Origin: Curvularia clavata
Taxonomy: Eukaryota
Reading direction: 5' to 3'
Assembly (NCBI GenBank): GCA_023920165.1
Contig: CP089274.1
Location: forward strand, 3,782,001-3,846,000
Length of the DNA: 64,000 nt
Part shown: positions 1 through 12,378 of the stretch, piece after piece
Layout: each line of letters begins with the position of its first letter
How positions within the stretch are numbered: position 1 is the stretch's first letter
Translations under genes and position numbers: made by a program
Notes under the pieces: model-generated
The model's database searches: none
What the model was told of the DNA's origin: nothing
Seen by the model: only the letters and a program-made list of their open reading frames with translations

Positions 1-861
1 GTCCAAGCTCCGCGATCAATCTGGCTGGGTGCGCGGGGCGGGCTTTGGGAAATGTGACCTCGGTAGGAATGTCTCGCGCTGAGATCAGAGTGCTTTCGAG
101 GAAGACGTCACGGGCGTTGGTTATAGGAAAAGGATCGGGCTCTTGGTTCTGTCCACGTTGCGCGCCAGGAAATCAACAAGCCACTGGCGCAAGCGTCATC
201 GTTGTGGCCAGTTTCATAGCAGCCCCATGGCTTATCGATAGGGCTGAAACAACCTCGATGCCTCCCAGGATGAGCCATCAGCATCTATCGACTAATACAG
301 AGGATATCGCATGGCACGCTGCAGACAGACGATTTATGTAATGATCACGTATCATTACAACCTAGAACAGAAAATGCTATCTACTATGGTCTTTGCCCTA
401 AGGCAACAACGTCGTCATACGCATGCCGTCATCATTCCAAACATGGTGCCCTCTCGTGGATATCGTCCTCCTCTTTTTGATAATCATTCATGCCAACACA
501 CGCCAGAAACAACGCCGACAGACACCTACTGGTACCAGCAGCCGGAACAAACCTCCGGCTCACATCTTCTTCCGTGAAAAATCAAAACGCCAGGATGCTC
601 GCTAATTGGAATCCAAGAAATCTCCTAGACCTCAACCTTCCCTCTTTCTCTTGACATGGGCAACCTTTTACCTGTGGATCTTCTCCGCTGTATTCGTCTG
701 CCATATGCATGATCGCCTGTATGTATTTGGAGTCTAGGCACCACAACCCAAGCAGCCAAGGGTCGCTACAATCAGCTGCACTGAATCAAGACGCACATGC
801 AGACCACATCGGTGGACTGTTCGTTTTCATTGGGGCAAATGATATGGTTGTTGGAACCATT

Positions 862-3800
862 CTACTGCGGGATTGGCAATGGCTGTCCATTGGCGGCGGC
901 AGCCCGTGCTTCGGCTTGGGCCTGTGCAATGACATCAGCCTGGTGAACGGCACTTTGCACGACTTGCTGCTCCTCTGGGCTCAGGTTCTTGGTAAGATCC
1001 TCGTAGAGGGCAGGCTGCTCTTGCTGTAGACCTGCACATTGTTAACATATGCTCTGGCACGTTAATGCGACAAACTTACGGAGCAGCGCATGCTTGAACA
1101 TGCCATATGGCTCGACCTTGTCAAGCGGTGTCTCTAAGAGGCTCTCCTCCTCCAGCTCATCGTCATCCTCGTCGTCAAGTGAGCTGAACTTCTGTGCCTA
1201 TGGCTTGTCAGATTTAAACCATAACTTGGGAACAAGTTTCTTACCTCTTCATTCAAGAAGTCGAGATAAGCGGCACTCTCGTCTTTGACGTCCTCGGCTT
1301 CATCGGCTTCGTTGCTCCAATCAGCTTCTTGTTCCCACTCTTCATCTTCCTCCTCTTCGAATTCGGCCGAGTAGTCAAATGTGTCTTCCTTCTTGGCTTC
1401 CTCACGGTCTGTGTATACGTTAGTACCGATACGTAATAAGACTTTGTTCGGGAACTCACTCTTCAGTGCTGCAGGGAGCGTTTGGAACAACCGTGTGACG
1501 CCCTGCAACAGACGTGGCCAACCCTGCTGTACACTGACTGGAACATCCTGAGCTCTCAGGGTAAGGAGTGCACAGATTGCCGAGATACACAGCTTCTTGT
1601 CGTGAACTCGAGTGAAGTGGTCAATGCTGGAGAACCAGAGACTGAAGAACTTGTTGGTCCATCCGTTGGACTCAAGGACGTGCAATGCCAATGCAGGATT
1701 GTAGTAAATGGAGTTGATGATCACCTCCATCAGATGTATCCGCAGGGACTTGACCTTGGGCTCCTCATTAGTTAGGACGTGCATGGTCAGTCCGATGAAT
1801 TCCGGAATATAGTCATCGACGGAACCGCGCATGTTGAGCATGATGATTTCGGCCAATTTGCAGCCGCAGATGCGATCAACGCCGCCGACCTTGTCATCCT
1901 TGAAAATTGTCCTGACCATGTCGACAATAGCATCAAGATACGATCGGTTTTGAACCAACATGGGAGTACCGTAGTTGACGAAGTTCTCAAGTGCCGGAAG
2001 CATGTCTGGATATTGTTAGGGATTTGTTATTGAGTAAGTGATACGATAATATGCTTACCTTCGAGGTAGAGCTCAGCGCCGGCCTTGAAGGTCCTATGGA
2101 TCAACTCAAACGCTTGCCACATGGTACCGGAGATACTCTTGGCAGCAAATGTGCAACTATCGATGATCTCGAAAACCTCGTTGTACAAGTCTGTAAAATA
2201 ATTAGTACGAGAGCGTAAGCAGTAATTTCGTGAGTGCTTACCATAAAGCTTGTTCTCGAGCGTAATAGTGATGACGGGCATCAGGATCGTCTCCAGGTGC
2301 AAGAGGACATCGGGCGTGCTCTCCAGCGTCAGGATGAGAGTACCAATAGTCTGCAAAACACCAAGCGCCGTGATGCTCTTCTCGTCGAGGAAATCGCCGT
2401 ACTCGCTGTCCTCACCCTTCTCCTGGTTTCGCGACAGCAGCTCCCGCACGATACGCAGATAGGTGTCGCGCAGCTGCTCGCTGAGAGCGACCGCAAAGGG
2501 CGTCAGTTCTGGCGCAAATACCTCGACAAAGTCCTCCATGACATTGGAAAGGGCGTCGACATCAACCTCGTTCGCCAGCTTGAGCAGTTGCTGCATGACC
2601 TGAGGAATGTTTTGCTTCATGTTAGTTCGGATGACGTCGTGACGGATGAGTGGCTGAAGCGACAGAGCTGCAGCGACGCGAACCGGAAGTGTGGGGTCGG
2701 CCATGGACTCGAGGATGTTGCGGTAGATGATGATGAGGTTGTTCGGGTCCTTGAAATCAAGCTGTTCGAATTTCTCCAGAGTGTCGCATGCGCGAGCACG
2801 GAGGAAGCCGTGGGGGCTTCGGAACTCAGGGAACACATGGCGGACGAAGAAGTACTCGACCTGGTCTGCAATCGGACTCTTCTTGCCCAGGATGACGCCG
2901 GACAGCGTACCAATCATGCGCAGCGCGCCCTCCTTCTCTCGTGGGTTCTTCTCATTGTCGGGGGCAGCCTCGTAGCGGTTGACAACCTCGTTGACAAAGT
3001 TCAGGACGGTGAATGTCTGCTTGCGACGGCTCTTGGTAAGAGTGACAAGGAAGTTTGTGGCAGCAACGTCGGGCGCTGTCACATCTTCGTAGAAGTTCAG
3101 CTTCCTGTGCAGATACTCTTGCGGCTCCTCGTTAAAAAGCTCGATATCCTCGTCAGACTGGCAAAGTACTGGGAATACGAGATGCGCGATGAGGTTGTCA
3201 GTGTGAGGTTTGAGCAGGGTCCACATGGTCTTGGGCTTGATGCACTCGTCGAGGAAGTTGAGCGTGTAATACAGGCTGGCTTTTGACAGCCAAACCTGCT
3301 TTCCAACCCACTTCTCAACCTGCTGAAGGTAGACCTTGAGAATCTCTGGCGCAAAGTTGGCAATGAAGTTCTTGGCGACCTCAGTGTAGTCAACCTCGCT
3401 GTTCTTGCCCAGGGCAGTGGGGTTGCCATATCTGTTTCCCTTTGATCAGTATCGTGTTTCTACATCGCATGGAGTTGTGGCACGCACCGGACGTATAATC
3501 GGTTCAAGTTTGCGTAAGACCACTTCTTCGCCTTCCACCAGTGGTTTACTTCGCGCTCATCTAGGTCTTCTGGGAGAGACGACTCCGGGGGCTCTTTGCC
3601 TACGACGGTCAGGAACAGTGTACACCAGCCAACCATGACCTGCTGCTCTCGGAGGGATGCGGGGAGGTCGAACTGCATACTAGTCAGCCATTGTTTTTGT
3701 CATGCGCCCATGATTCCCTTACGTAGATGGCGTGCTTGTACACCTTGAGCACCGTCCGTAATATTTCGCCTGCTTCCAGGCTTGTCTCGCCAGCCAGCGA

Positions 3801-4470
3801 GTTGCCAATGTTGAGAAGTTGTGGAAAGGACATGGCGACAATCTTGTCAAAGTCTGCGCGGTTCTCGCCCGACTTGAACCTGTAGATCTTGCATATCGCC
3901 AACAGGCACTGGACACCAGCAAACACCGACTCAATGTTTCCGGCATTCAGCAGTTGTACAGTGATGTCTAGGAAGTCCGGCCACTTGGCGGGGAAGTCAT
4001 ATGCGAGGATCTTCTGGAGAGTAGGAATAAGTTGTAGGCGCACTTGGGGCGGGGAGGCGACAAGGACGGGGACCAGGCGGTTGCGGAAGGCAGTCTTCTC
4101 GTCCTCTGGTATGGGCACAGCCTGGCTGTACTCCTCGGCAGGCGACCAGCCCTTGGATATGCGGTTCTTGAGGTAGACGACGGCTGTGCACAGGGGCATT
4201 AGTGTTGGCAGGCAGCATGTATGGCTGGGCGCATCACTTACTCGACAGACGGACGGCATTGTTCTGCTCCTGCTCGAGAATGTCTAGCAGACCCCCAGTG
4301 AAGCCTGGCTTTTCTTCAGCCTGTAATCTCCGTCAGTGCCATGTCCCAGCGGGCGTCGTGTGTTCGCAGGCAGCACGCACATGCTTGAGGTCGAGCTCGG
4401 CCTGCTGTCTGACGGCGGCGTTCGCGTCGAGCGTTGCCTGGATCCGGTCCCGCAAGCCGGCAACGTCCAT
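862..4470 (-). CDS. NMD5: Importin-beta family karyopherin (importin-7/8, Nmd5/Sxm1-like), about 9 introns
   Basis: The ATG at 4470 gives MDVAGLRDRIQATLDANAAVRQQAELDLK, an IBN_N-like start, followed by 'AVVYLKNRI'. Exons at 3684-4259, 2027-3226 and 1134-2003 encode HEAT-like repeats and an acidic C-terminal loop. GT-AG introns include 4380-4321, 4241-4184, 3722-3673 and 3487-3432. The stop is TAG at 862-864. Confidence 0.9.
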
Positions 4471-6107
4471 GGTTGAGGGATGCTGGCGAGAAGTGCGTCG
4501 TAGTTTTGGCGGCGGACTACTGTGACAGAGATCCCCGAGGGCCGGTGCGGTGAGAAAGGCCGGTGGGGGTGTAGGTTGGGGGGTTGGGAGGGAAGGGTTA
4601 CGCCTGTATTGTGCGGCCAGAGACCGAGGCGTCGAGTAAGAATTGGCGGGAGAGACTGAGGATGGACAAAGGCACGCGTGCTTTTTCCCTTGAATTTGCG
4701 CCTCGTCGGGCTTGTGCAGCTTGTGCGGGACGTGAGGATGGAGGGGCAACAAGTTAATTTTGTGTGGATCAGAATCAGAATCGCGGCTTTCCCTCTATCA
4801 TCGTTAGCGCACGTGGCGGTCAATGCATTCTCCTCCGCCTCCCTGCCATCTCAACCACCACCTACCTGTGAATTTGTGAGAAGTCCAAAAGTCGGTCTCA
4901 AATGCAAGGGGCGCTATGTCGGGCGCGTGATTCTTGTTCAGCGTACCGGTTCTTGCTCGTGAGAAAAAATTGCTTCCCGCAGCAGCATGTGCAGAGCCCG
5001 TACCTGCAGCGGTGAACATTACAAGTCGACTGACTACGGCAGACCCTGGAACACAATGGCCTTGGGTAGGCCCTTTCTTAGCCCGGGCTTCGAAGGCAGC
5101 GCCTGAGGGATATGCCATGATCGGCAGAGGACTGTCTCTGCAGCCGCCATCTGCCATGCATTCTGTTTGGTACTTGGTTGCTGCACCGTTTCATTCGAAT
5201 GTCAACAAGACTCGATCCTTGGGCAAATGGCACCGTGCCCAATCGCTTGAGCGTGGTTGTACTACCCTCTTCTAGCCTATCAGGACCCTTGGCCTTAGCC
5301 ACCAAGGGCGTACGCAATCGTACCGCAAATCAGGATTGCAACATCAGGCGATGGATGGCTAATTAGTCAGGATGTGTGTCAATACGAGCCAGCGTACTGG
5401 AGAACATGAAAATGTCGCGATATGGTCTTTCCAAGGGTTATGCACCGAGCGAAAAGAATGAGTCTAAAAAAGAGCAATGTGCATGTACTATACACTTGCA
5501 TGTATTTGGTATCGGTACAATGACGAACATGGTTCTTCCATGCGTATCGCTTCCACTAACGATACACTGGGCAGCAAGTTTTCTCTGTACTAGACAGACT
5601 CTTGGCGTCACGGGAAGAGGCCGAAGACTTGCGATTGGCGCAGCTAGCTGGTTCATTGGGCTTGGCCAGAGAGTATGTATACTGTAGCTGAGATGAACAG
5701 TTGTGAAAGCTGCAGCTGGACACGCTAGAATACACCTACAACTACTGCAGCCCTCCCAGAGCCACATCCATGTGTACCAATCACAGAAAAGGCATTGGAG
5801 AACAAATTGTAAAGATTAAGGGTTCTATGATTCTTCCTTGTAAACTAGGTAATATGTAGATTAGGAATTCCCGCGCCAGGTAAATGCTATGCTAAACTGT
5901 AAACAAAATAAACCACCATATAGATGCTAACCAAATAAGAGAAGAGTAAAGAAGCGAAAATAAAAGAGAAAGGAAAACGCTCAATGCCTCTAGTCTGAAC
6001 AAGAAGCAGAGCCATATACCGACCAGCGGTATGTTTTGTCATCCCCTCATACCAGCATACGTCATGTCCTCATTCCACATTACACTCGTAACAACGTTAT
6101 CAACAAC

Positions 6108-7901
6108 CTAGCCAATACTCTTGCCCCTCTTGCCCTTGCCACACTCCCTCTTACTAAGAGGCTCGTCAGGGAACACCCAACCCCTGACCCGCTTGGCCTC
6201 TCGCTTCTCGCCAAGCTGCGGCTTAGGGATCCAAGCGTCCTTTTCAAGAAAGTTTTGTCGTGTCAGGGCCGCAGGGCCGCCGACGTCCATGCGCCAGGTG
6301 CCCATACCCTCGAAGGGGTTCTCCTTGGCGAGCATGTGGAGATACCACAGCGCTAGGGCAGCGGTAAGCTGCATGTCGCCAGTCTCTGGGTGCAAGCCAC
6401 TGGTAGACAGGCGGATGGGAGCCGATGTCTCGAGGTACCCGAAGATGGGCACGCCGGTTTGGGCATTGACAGTAGTGGGGTCGGGAGTAGACAGGTCAGA
6501 CGGGCCTCCGCAGCGGACGCACAGAAGCTCAATTTCCGTCATGATGAAGCCATAGCGGCAGCCGTGCTCGCGCATCACGCGCTGGAGGTGGGCGAGGCCC
6601 TGGAGGTAGAGGACTTGCTTGGGAGCTGACTCGCCGCGCATACCAGTGTTCCATTGGTCGTAGCACTTGACGAGACCAACGACGCGGCCGCGGCTGTCGC
6701 CAAAGAGAGTCTTCTCATAGTCGGACGGGTAGCTGGAGATGAACTCTGGTTGTTGGCGCTGACCAGCTACAGGCTTGATGGCACGCATCATCATGTGGCT
6801 ATTTCCCTGAGATACCTTGAGGGCTGCATTGACCTTGTTGGCATAATAGTTGGTGCAGATGTCTTGGAGTGCCGACTCGTTCTCGGGCTGCAGGTTCTGG
6901 CGGCAGGGCTGGGGAAGGTAGCTGGCTGGGACAGGGACTTCAAGAAGGGGGAGCACGGAAGGAATAGACTTGATGGTGTCGATGTTGAAGTCTTCCCAGC
7001 TGCGGAGGTTGCGAATGTCCCACCAAAAGTGGTTGTTGATGCCCCGGGGGGCGCTGGTGACGCGGCGAACCAGAGACGGGGTAGGGTTGGGAGACGAGAG
7101 ATACTCAACCAGAGAAGACGTAGCCTGAATCTGCTGGAAGCTGTCGAAGCTGACATCTCCAAAGGCAGGGTATTGCACAGCTGGCGCGGTATCAAACTCG
7201 GGGACAGTAAAGTCCTGAAGGCAAGTCGCAGTGAAGTTGGTCATGTCCTGAGCGGAGGAGTATGTCGAGGGGAGAGATGCGGCAAGGGCCAAGCTGGACT
7301 GAGGGGTGGTAGAGGCAGTCACATAGCTAGGCAAGTTGCGGTAGGTAGGGAAGCCATAGCGGCTGATGACCTGCTCATCGACACTTCCAGCAGAGCAGGA
7401 CCGGTCGTGACGGGCGCGGCTGGCAGAGGTAGAGCGGGAGTGCGATCCCATATATGATGACCGACGGGAAAGCTCAGGCTGCTGTGGGTAGGTGATGGGG
7501 GAGTTGAGGGTGGAAAGACCGAAGTCGTATGAGGAAGCAGTTGACACGGGAGATGTCATTGTGCTGTGCATATTGTGGATGTTGTGGTTCAGAGGGCTTG
7601 ATCCACGGCGGGCCATGGAAGCTGAACGTCCGTAGGGGCTGTAGGCATAGCCGGCACTGGAGCTAGACGTCGTCCTGCGATGTCTAACTGGGCCAGTGGT
7701 GGGCTCGGATACCTGATCCTGGACACGGACCTTGGGAAGAAGGACTGGTCCATACTGCCTGACTGGTGAGCGTGGAGGGGTGGGGCCAGCGAGTTGAGGT
7801 TCTGGTGACGAGGCCTGGGAGTAGTATGTGATGTCTGAGCCGACACTGCCGGGCATGTAGCTAAAGGAAGCAGTGGGGGGTGTTGTTTGACGGCTGTACA
7901 T
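6108..7901 (-). CDS. Conserved-type fungal hypothetical protein: S/P/T-rich disordered N-terminus plus a C-terminal globular domain (WWDIRNLRSW...RYGFIMTEIEL)
   Basis: Uninterrupted 608-codon ORF (6108-7934) with coding-like codon usage. The first ATG (7934) lies inside a predicted 5'UTR intron, so the likely start is AAA-ATG at 7901. Confidence 0.8.
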   Translation of the reverse strand: MYSRQTTPPTASFSYMPGSVGSDITYYSQASSPEPQLAGPTPPRSPVRQYGPVLLPKVRVQDQVSEPTTGPVRHRRTTSSSSAGYAYSPYGRSASMARRGSSPLNHNIHNMHSTMTSPVSTASSYDFGLSTLNSPITYPQQPELSRRSSYMGSHSRSTSASRARHDRSCSAGSVDEQVISRYGFPTYRNLPSYVTASTTPQSSLALAASLPSTYSSAQDMTNFTATCLQDFTVPEFDTAPAVQYPAFGDVSFDSFQQIQATSSLVEYLSSPNPTPSLVRRVTSAPRGINNHFWWDIRNLRSWEDFNIDTIKSIPSVLPLLEVPVPASYLPQPCRQNLQPENESALQDICTNYYANKVNAALKVSQGNSHMMMRAIKPVAGQRQQPEFISSYPSDYEKTLFGDSRGRVVGLVKCYDQWNTGMRGESAPKQVLYLQGLAHLQRVMREHGCRYGFIMTEIELLCVRCGGPSDLSTPDPTTVNAQTGVPIFGYLETSAPIRLSTSGLHPETGDMQLTAALALWYLHMLAKENPFEGMGTWRMDVGGPAALTRQNFLEKDAWIPKPQLGEKREAKRVRGWVFPDEPLSKRECGKGKRGKSIG

Positions 7902-9527
7902 TTTGGATGTATGTGAGCTACCGGACTGGCTCATGTCAGCAACCGGACGACTTGGTTGGAGTGAATGTATGCAAAAGACTTACGCTGTGGAGACTGAAGA
8001 AGGACGAGCAGAGAAGAGATTATCGAATAGGGATTAATAGTAGAGACCAGCTCCGAGTGTCTAAGACCAAACAATGCAAAGGCAGAGAAAGAAAAAGAAG
8101 ATGAGACAGGGTCGACTCGGACTGAGGCAGTGCTCTTGATGAAAAGGCAACGCAGGATGAATGGGCGTGGTGATTGCGGCACAGCCAGACTTCTTATCCT
8201 TGGTGTTCCCCGCGTAGAGACACGAGAACCAACGCCCTCGTCACGCTAGCAAACCTGAAACACGATGCATCGAAGGGGGTCCGATACCTTGGACCGGTAT
8301 ACACACGACTTGGAGGCGGTCTGGCGGCAGTAGCACCCCAGTGGACCCATCTCGAGCATGCGAGCCTCACAGGGCGTCTGAAACGTAGCGTAGCCGTTGC
8401 TTGGCCTGGGCGAGTACGTGGCTAGCTAGCGAACGGCTTTCTGGAAAGCTATTCTTGAGGGTTGGCAGGCTCAAAGCGGCATGGTGGACTGGCTGGCCAG
8501 CGTGTGAATGGAGGGTGCGGTGAGGGAGCATCCCGAAGCGGTAAGGCAGGCCAGCGAGGCGCCTGCAACCTGGGGCGGTTGGATACTTGAAACCGGGATG
8601 CTCGGCCCCGTAGTCTGCTCAGTACAGTTTTTTCTTCTCGTCGCTTGTATTGTCCGTGGGCGCTCTGGCGGCAGTTTGAGCGAATGCAGTGCAAAGGGAC
8701 GAATAGAGCGACGTCGTGGTGGTTAGGTTAGCGCCGTACCGCCTGGCCCGTGCTGGGTCCCGCGAAAGGTGGGGCGGCGGGGGTGCAGATGAAGAGTCAT
8801 CACTGGGAACAACTCAGACAGGGGCGGACGATTGGCTCTCAGCTGTCCAGCGTTTCGTTTCGGCAAAGCAACATGCGTCCTCCCGCATGTCCGCCATGCA
8901 CGACGAGGTGACTCACAATGGGCGGAGAGAAATGTATTCACGACTATAACACGTCGGCCGCCTCTTCTACGCGTTGACGTGTAGACCGCGTTGTTGACAA
9001 CTACACATGTTCGGGGTCTCAGGCCTCGCCCACCTTCAGGCCGACCTTGGGCGCATGTATACAGCATCCACAGCGCCAGATCCTGCTCGCCCAACCCGCC
9101 ACGCCCCGACGACCAAACCATCCACTTTGTCCGACCTGCCAATCCAAGCGCCGGTACGCTCAGACGTTGCACCCGCTACAACACAGCCAGCCTTGCCGAG
9201 CCTTCTCTTGAGCCTCACCCATTCCGGCTCCCGGGCGTGGTTGGCTAAGCGCCCGCTCCCGTCCCAATCGGGGTAATTATGTCTGATTAATCTCACCAAA
9301 TATAGCTTGAACCAGCAGGGTCCGGAAGCGCAAATTGCCGTTAATCTCTCAAAGCGGGGCTTTAGCTATCAAACGTCTCTGGGGTCAGGACTGCTTCATG
9401 GAGCGCTGGCTTCGGATTGGCGCGACCCTGCACAGCCTTCATTTCGTCCTCGCTTGAACCAAGCGTTGCAAAGAGCCTCATGCCATGTCATGCTTCCGTC
9501 TACGCGCCCGCCAGCCTTCAACTGTCG

Positions 9528-11176
9528 TCATGCCATGTTACCGCTGGCCAACTGTGGCTCCACCCAATCAGCCCACCACGTCTTCCACTCGACTACCTGG
9601 CGCTTCGTCCGGGCCTCTTCAGCCGCAAAGACCATGGCATGGCTGCGAAAAGCCTCATCCAGGTCGCACCCGAGGTACCTACGCTGAGCGTCTGCCGCGG
9701 GCATGGCGCCTGAGTCCACAGCGTCAACTGCGAGAAGGAATTGCCGCGCCAGCCCTTCGTCTCCGCCGCCGTGACCACCGCCAGCAACATGGGGGTTGTG
9801 AATCTTGGTCTGTCCTGTGCCGAACGTGTGCACTTTGATCTCTCTGCTGTCGTACTCAATCTCGCCCTTGGTGCCGTAGATGCGGCCACGTCGCTCGCAC
9901 TGTTTCTCCGTGAAGGCGACCATGTGAAACTGGGCTGTCTTTGGGCTGCGGCCTGGCAGCGTGCCATCGTCGTCCCATGTAATCGTCACGCACTGGTCGT
10001 CGCACACGTCATTGCTCGACTCCCACACGCACCGCCCAAACCATGACCGCTCGTCGATCTGGCTGGCTGGCGCATCAGCCGTGTAGTCTTCAGCGAGGTT
10101 TTTGAGCAACTGTCTTCCTGCAGCCTCTTTCCCAGCTGTCTTGAACATGTCTTCAATCTCTGGATTAACAACCTTGACTGGCCAATCTGCATTACCATTG
10201 TTCAAGTGTCTCTCCAAGTATATCTTTTTCGCACTGTAGTCGCAGTCTGGCTCGTGCGGGCAAGACAGGCAATTTGTCGCAGATCCAGCAGCCTTTGGCT
10301 TTCTCTCCTTGCGGAAGAATTTCAGTGATCCAGTCGATGTGACGTAGGACGGAAGATGAGGCGTTGCGTCTTTGGCATTCGGCCCCGGCGAGCACAGCAT
10401 CCACATCAAAAAGTCGATGTCATGACATGACTTTGTAAGCAAAGACGGTGCTGTCTTGGACTCTTTTCTCCAGTTTCCCCTGCTTTCTGTTAGCTCTACT
10501 CTCTCAATGACTCTGTATCTATTACATACCTCACATAGCTGTGGCTGTAATGCCACCATCCAATCGGCTCCACATGCTCCATACTCATAACATCTCCAAT
10601 CACCTCCCTTTCTAGCAGCAGATGCCTCAGCAGCATATTGTGCTGTGAGTACCTCAACACATGGCAAATCCCAAACACCGCTTCCTTCCCCTCTTGTGCA
10701 CCCGCTTTCAGCGCGCGGTACATCTTCAGGCAGCTCTCCAACGACGTACTCATCGGCTTCTCACAGCAAATATGCAGTCCAAATTCCGCTATCCCACACA
10801 CCACCTCCTCGTGCAATTCATCCAGCACACAGATAAACACGGCATCTACTCCTTTCTCAACCGTGGCGTCACCATCTTTTTCCCGCTGCCTACGCTGAAT
10901 CTCGTACTCCTTCCACTCCCTCCAGTCTTTGAAACTCTGGCCTGATTTTGCAGTCTCGCTGAGACCCGACATGTACCTCTGCCCAAACTCAGCGCGTTTA
11001 AAGTCGTTGGGCTCGCAGACGGCTGCAATCACCGCGTTCGAGCATGCAGTTGTTGCATCGGCGTAGGCGGCGCCGCGGCTCCCTGCCCCGATGACGAGGA
11101 TGCGCGGGGGGTTGGCCAAGGAGAGCTTGCCGCTGGCGTGGAGGAAGGTTGATTCGTCTGCTTCGAGGGAAGGCAT
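9528..11176 (-). CDS. Gfo/Idh/MocA family NAD(P)-dependent oxidoreductase (StrI-like)
   Basis: Rossmann motif ILVIGAGSRG, 'CEKP' motif, 'KSCHDID' and C-terminal 'GGHGGGD'. One intron at 10529-10480 (GTATGT...CTAAC...CAG) joins the two ORFs. Confidence 0.9.
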
Positions 11177-11374
11177 GGCGGAAGAATGTGTGGCAAGGAC
11201 GTGGTGAGTACGAAATGAAAAGACTACGCTTCTCCTTGCTTATTACTTGTTCGTGGTGATGCTGGATTCGTAGAGTTGTTGCACCAAATCCCACGCTTGC
11301 ACACGTATCTAGGTAGTCCCCGTCGTCTAACAACAATATCACCTGAAGGTTTACCAACTGCGCCTGCCTATCTC

Positions 11375-11382
11375 TTTATATA
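11375..11382 (-). promoter_or_regulatory. Probable TATA box of the oxidoreductase gene
   Basis: TATATAAA on the minus strand about 200 nt upstream of the ATG at 11176. Confidence 0.45.
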
Positions 11383-11766
11383 CCCCACGCCCAAACTTAG
11401 GCTGGCTTTCTAATCTAGGCCCTATGCACTGTACGGCAAGACAATCAACAGCTGCTCTTTTCCTAAGCAGTAGCTATGTGGCGTCCGAACAACGCATCCA
11501 AATACCATCCTTCGTATGCAAGTGTCCCCCGCCCTGGTCCTCCCCCACTCCGCGGCGTACAACCAGCGCCGTATGAACGAGGGGAACGTGCTGTCCAAGT
11601 AGCAAAAGAGTGAGAGCTAGTACTTAGCGTAGCATTGGATCAATGTCGTTGTTGCATTGCAGCGTCAACAAATAAAGCAGTGCCCACGGATTAGGAAACC
11701 ACGTGGGCGGGGGAGGGGAGATGCCAAGCCGCACGTGACCTAGCCACAAACATCCAAAAATCAAAA

Positions 11767-11885
11767 ACATACGACAGTGGGGATTCGCCAGTGGTCACCC
11801 ACCTGACTACTAGTCCACCGGTCTCGAGCTTAAGTATGATTGATCGAACGGGGAATCCTGCTTCCTCGAGCCTATGGTCGTATGT
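11767..11885 (-). rRNA. 5S rRNA: Dispersed 5S rRNA gene, divergent variant (119 nt)
   Basis: The minus strand reads ACATACGACCATAGG...TACTTAAG...TAGTA...GGTGGGTGACCAC...GCGAATCC...GTCGTATGT. Terminal helix I is perfect (ACATACGAC/GTCGTATGT) and is followed by an oligo-T Pol III terminator. Confidence 0.93.
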
Positions 11886-12378
11886 ACTATATTTTTCTAA
11901 AAGAGACTAATATGTTTGCGTTGCACCTTCCGTGATAGCACCACGACCCATCGCGCCTTCCATCAGTTAGACTTAGACGTATCGCTCCATCATCTCGCTC
12001 CTCAATGCGGCTCTCGGTGTGTCCACATAGAAAACAACCTCAGCCACCAAGGCTAATGGGATACACTTTTTAGCATTCAAAGCTCTGGTCCAAACACAAG
12101 TATCCCTAAGTTATTTCCAATGTCTAGTATGGAGTATGTTGCAATTATCTTTTATTGTACATTGGGAGGTTCCCACTGCCTCAGTACCTCCACAAGTATG
12201 ACAACGCTCATCGTCCTAACACTGCACACAAGACCAATTGGATACGATCAACAGCTCTATTTTTATGTACAAGTCTGCCTCACTTCTGTTGCGAAAGGTA
12301 AAAATTCCTACAAGAACTAACAATGCCGCATCTAATGCACAACTCCTATCATACACAACCCATAGCAACAGACTTCGT

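Noticed and set aside
1..605. Short ORFs at the left edge
   Set aside because: No motifs, codon bias or convincing splice structure.
2234..3286. 350-aa plus-strand ORF antisense to the importin (likewise 6654-7457, 12995-13726, 25205-25924, 34117-35038)
   Set aside because: These are shadow ORFs expected from codon bias of the real opposite-strand genes, with no recognisable motifs.
8790..8990. TGACTCA (8909-8915) and nearby bZIP-like sites
   Set aside because: Single short motifs about 1 kb from the nearest start are expected by chance without conservation data.
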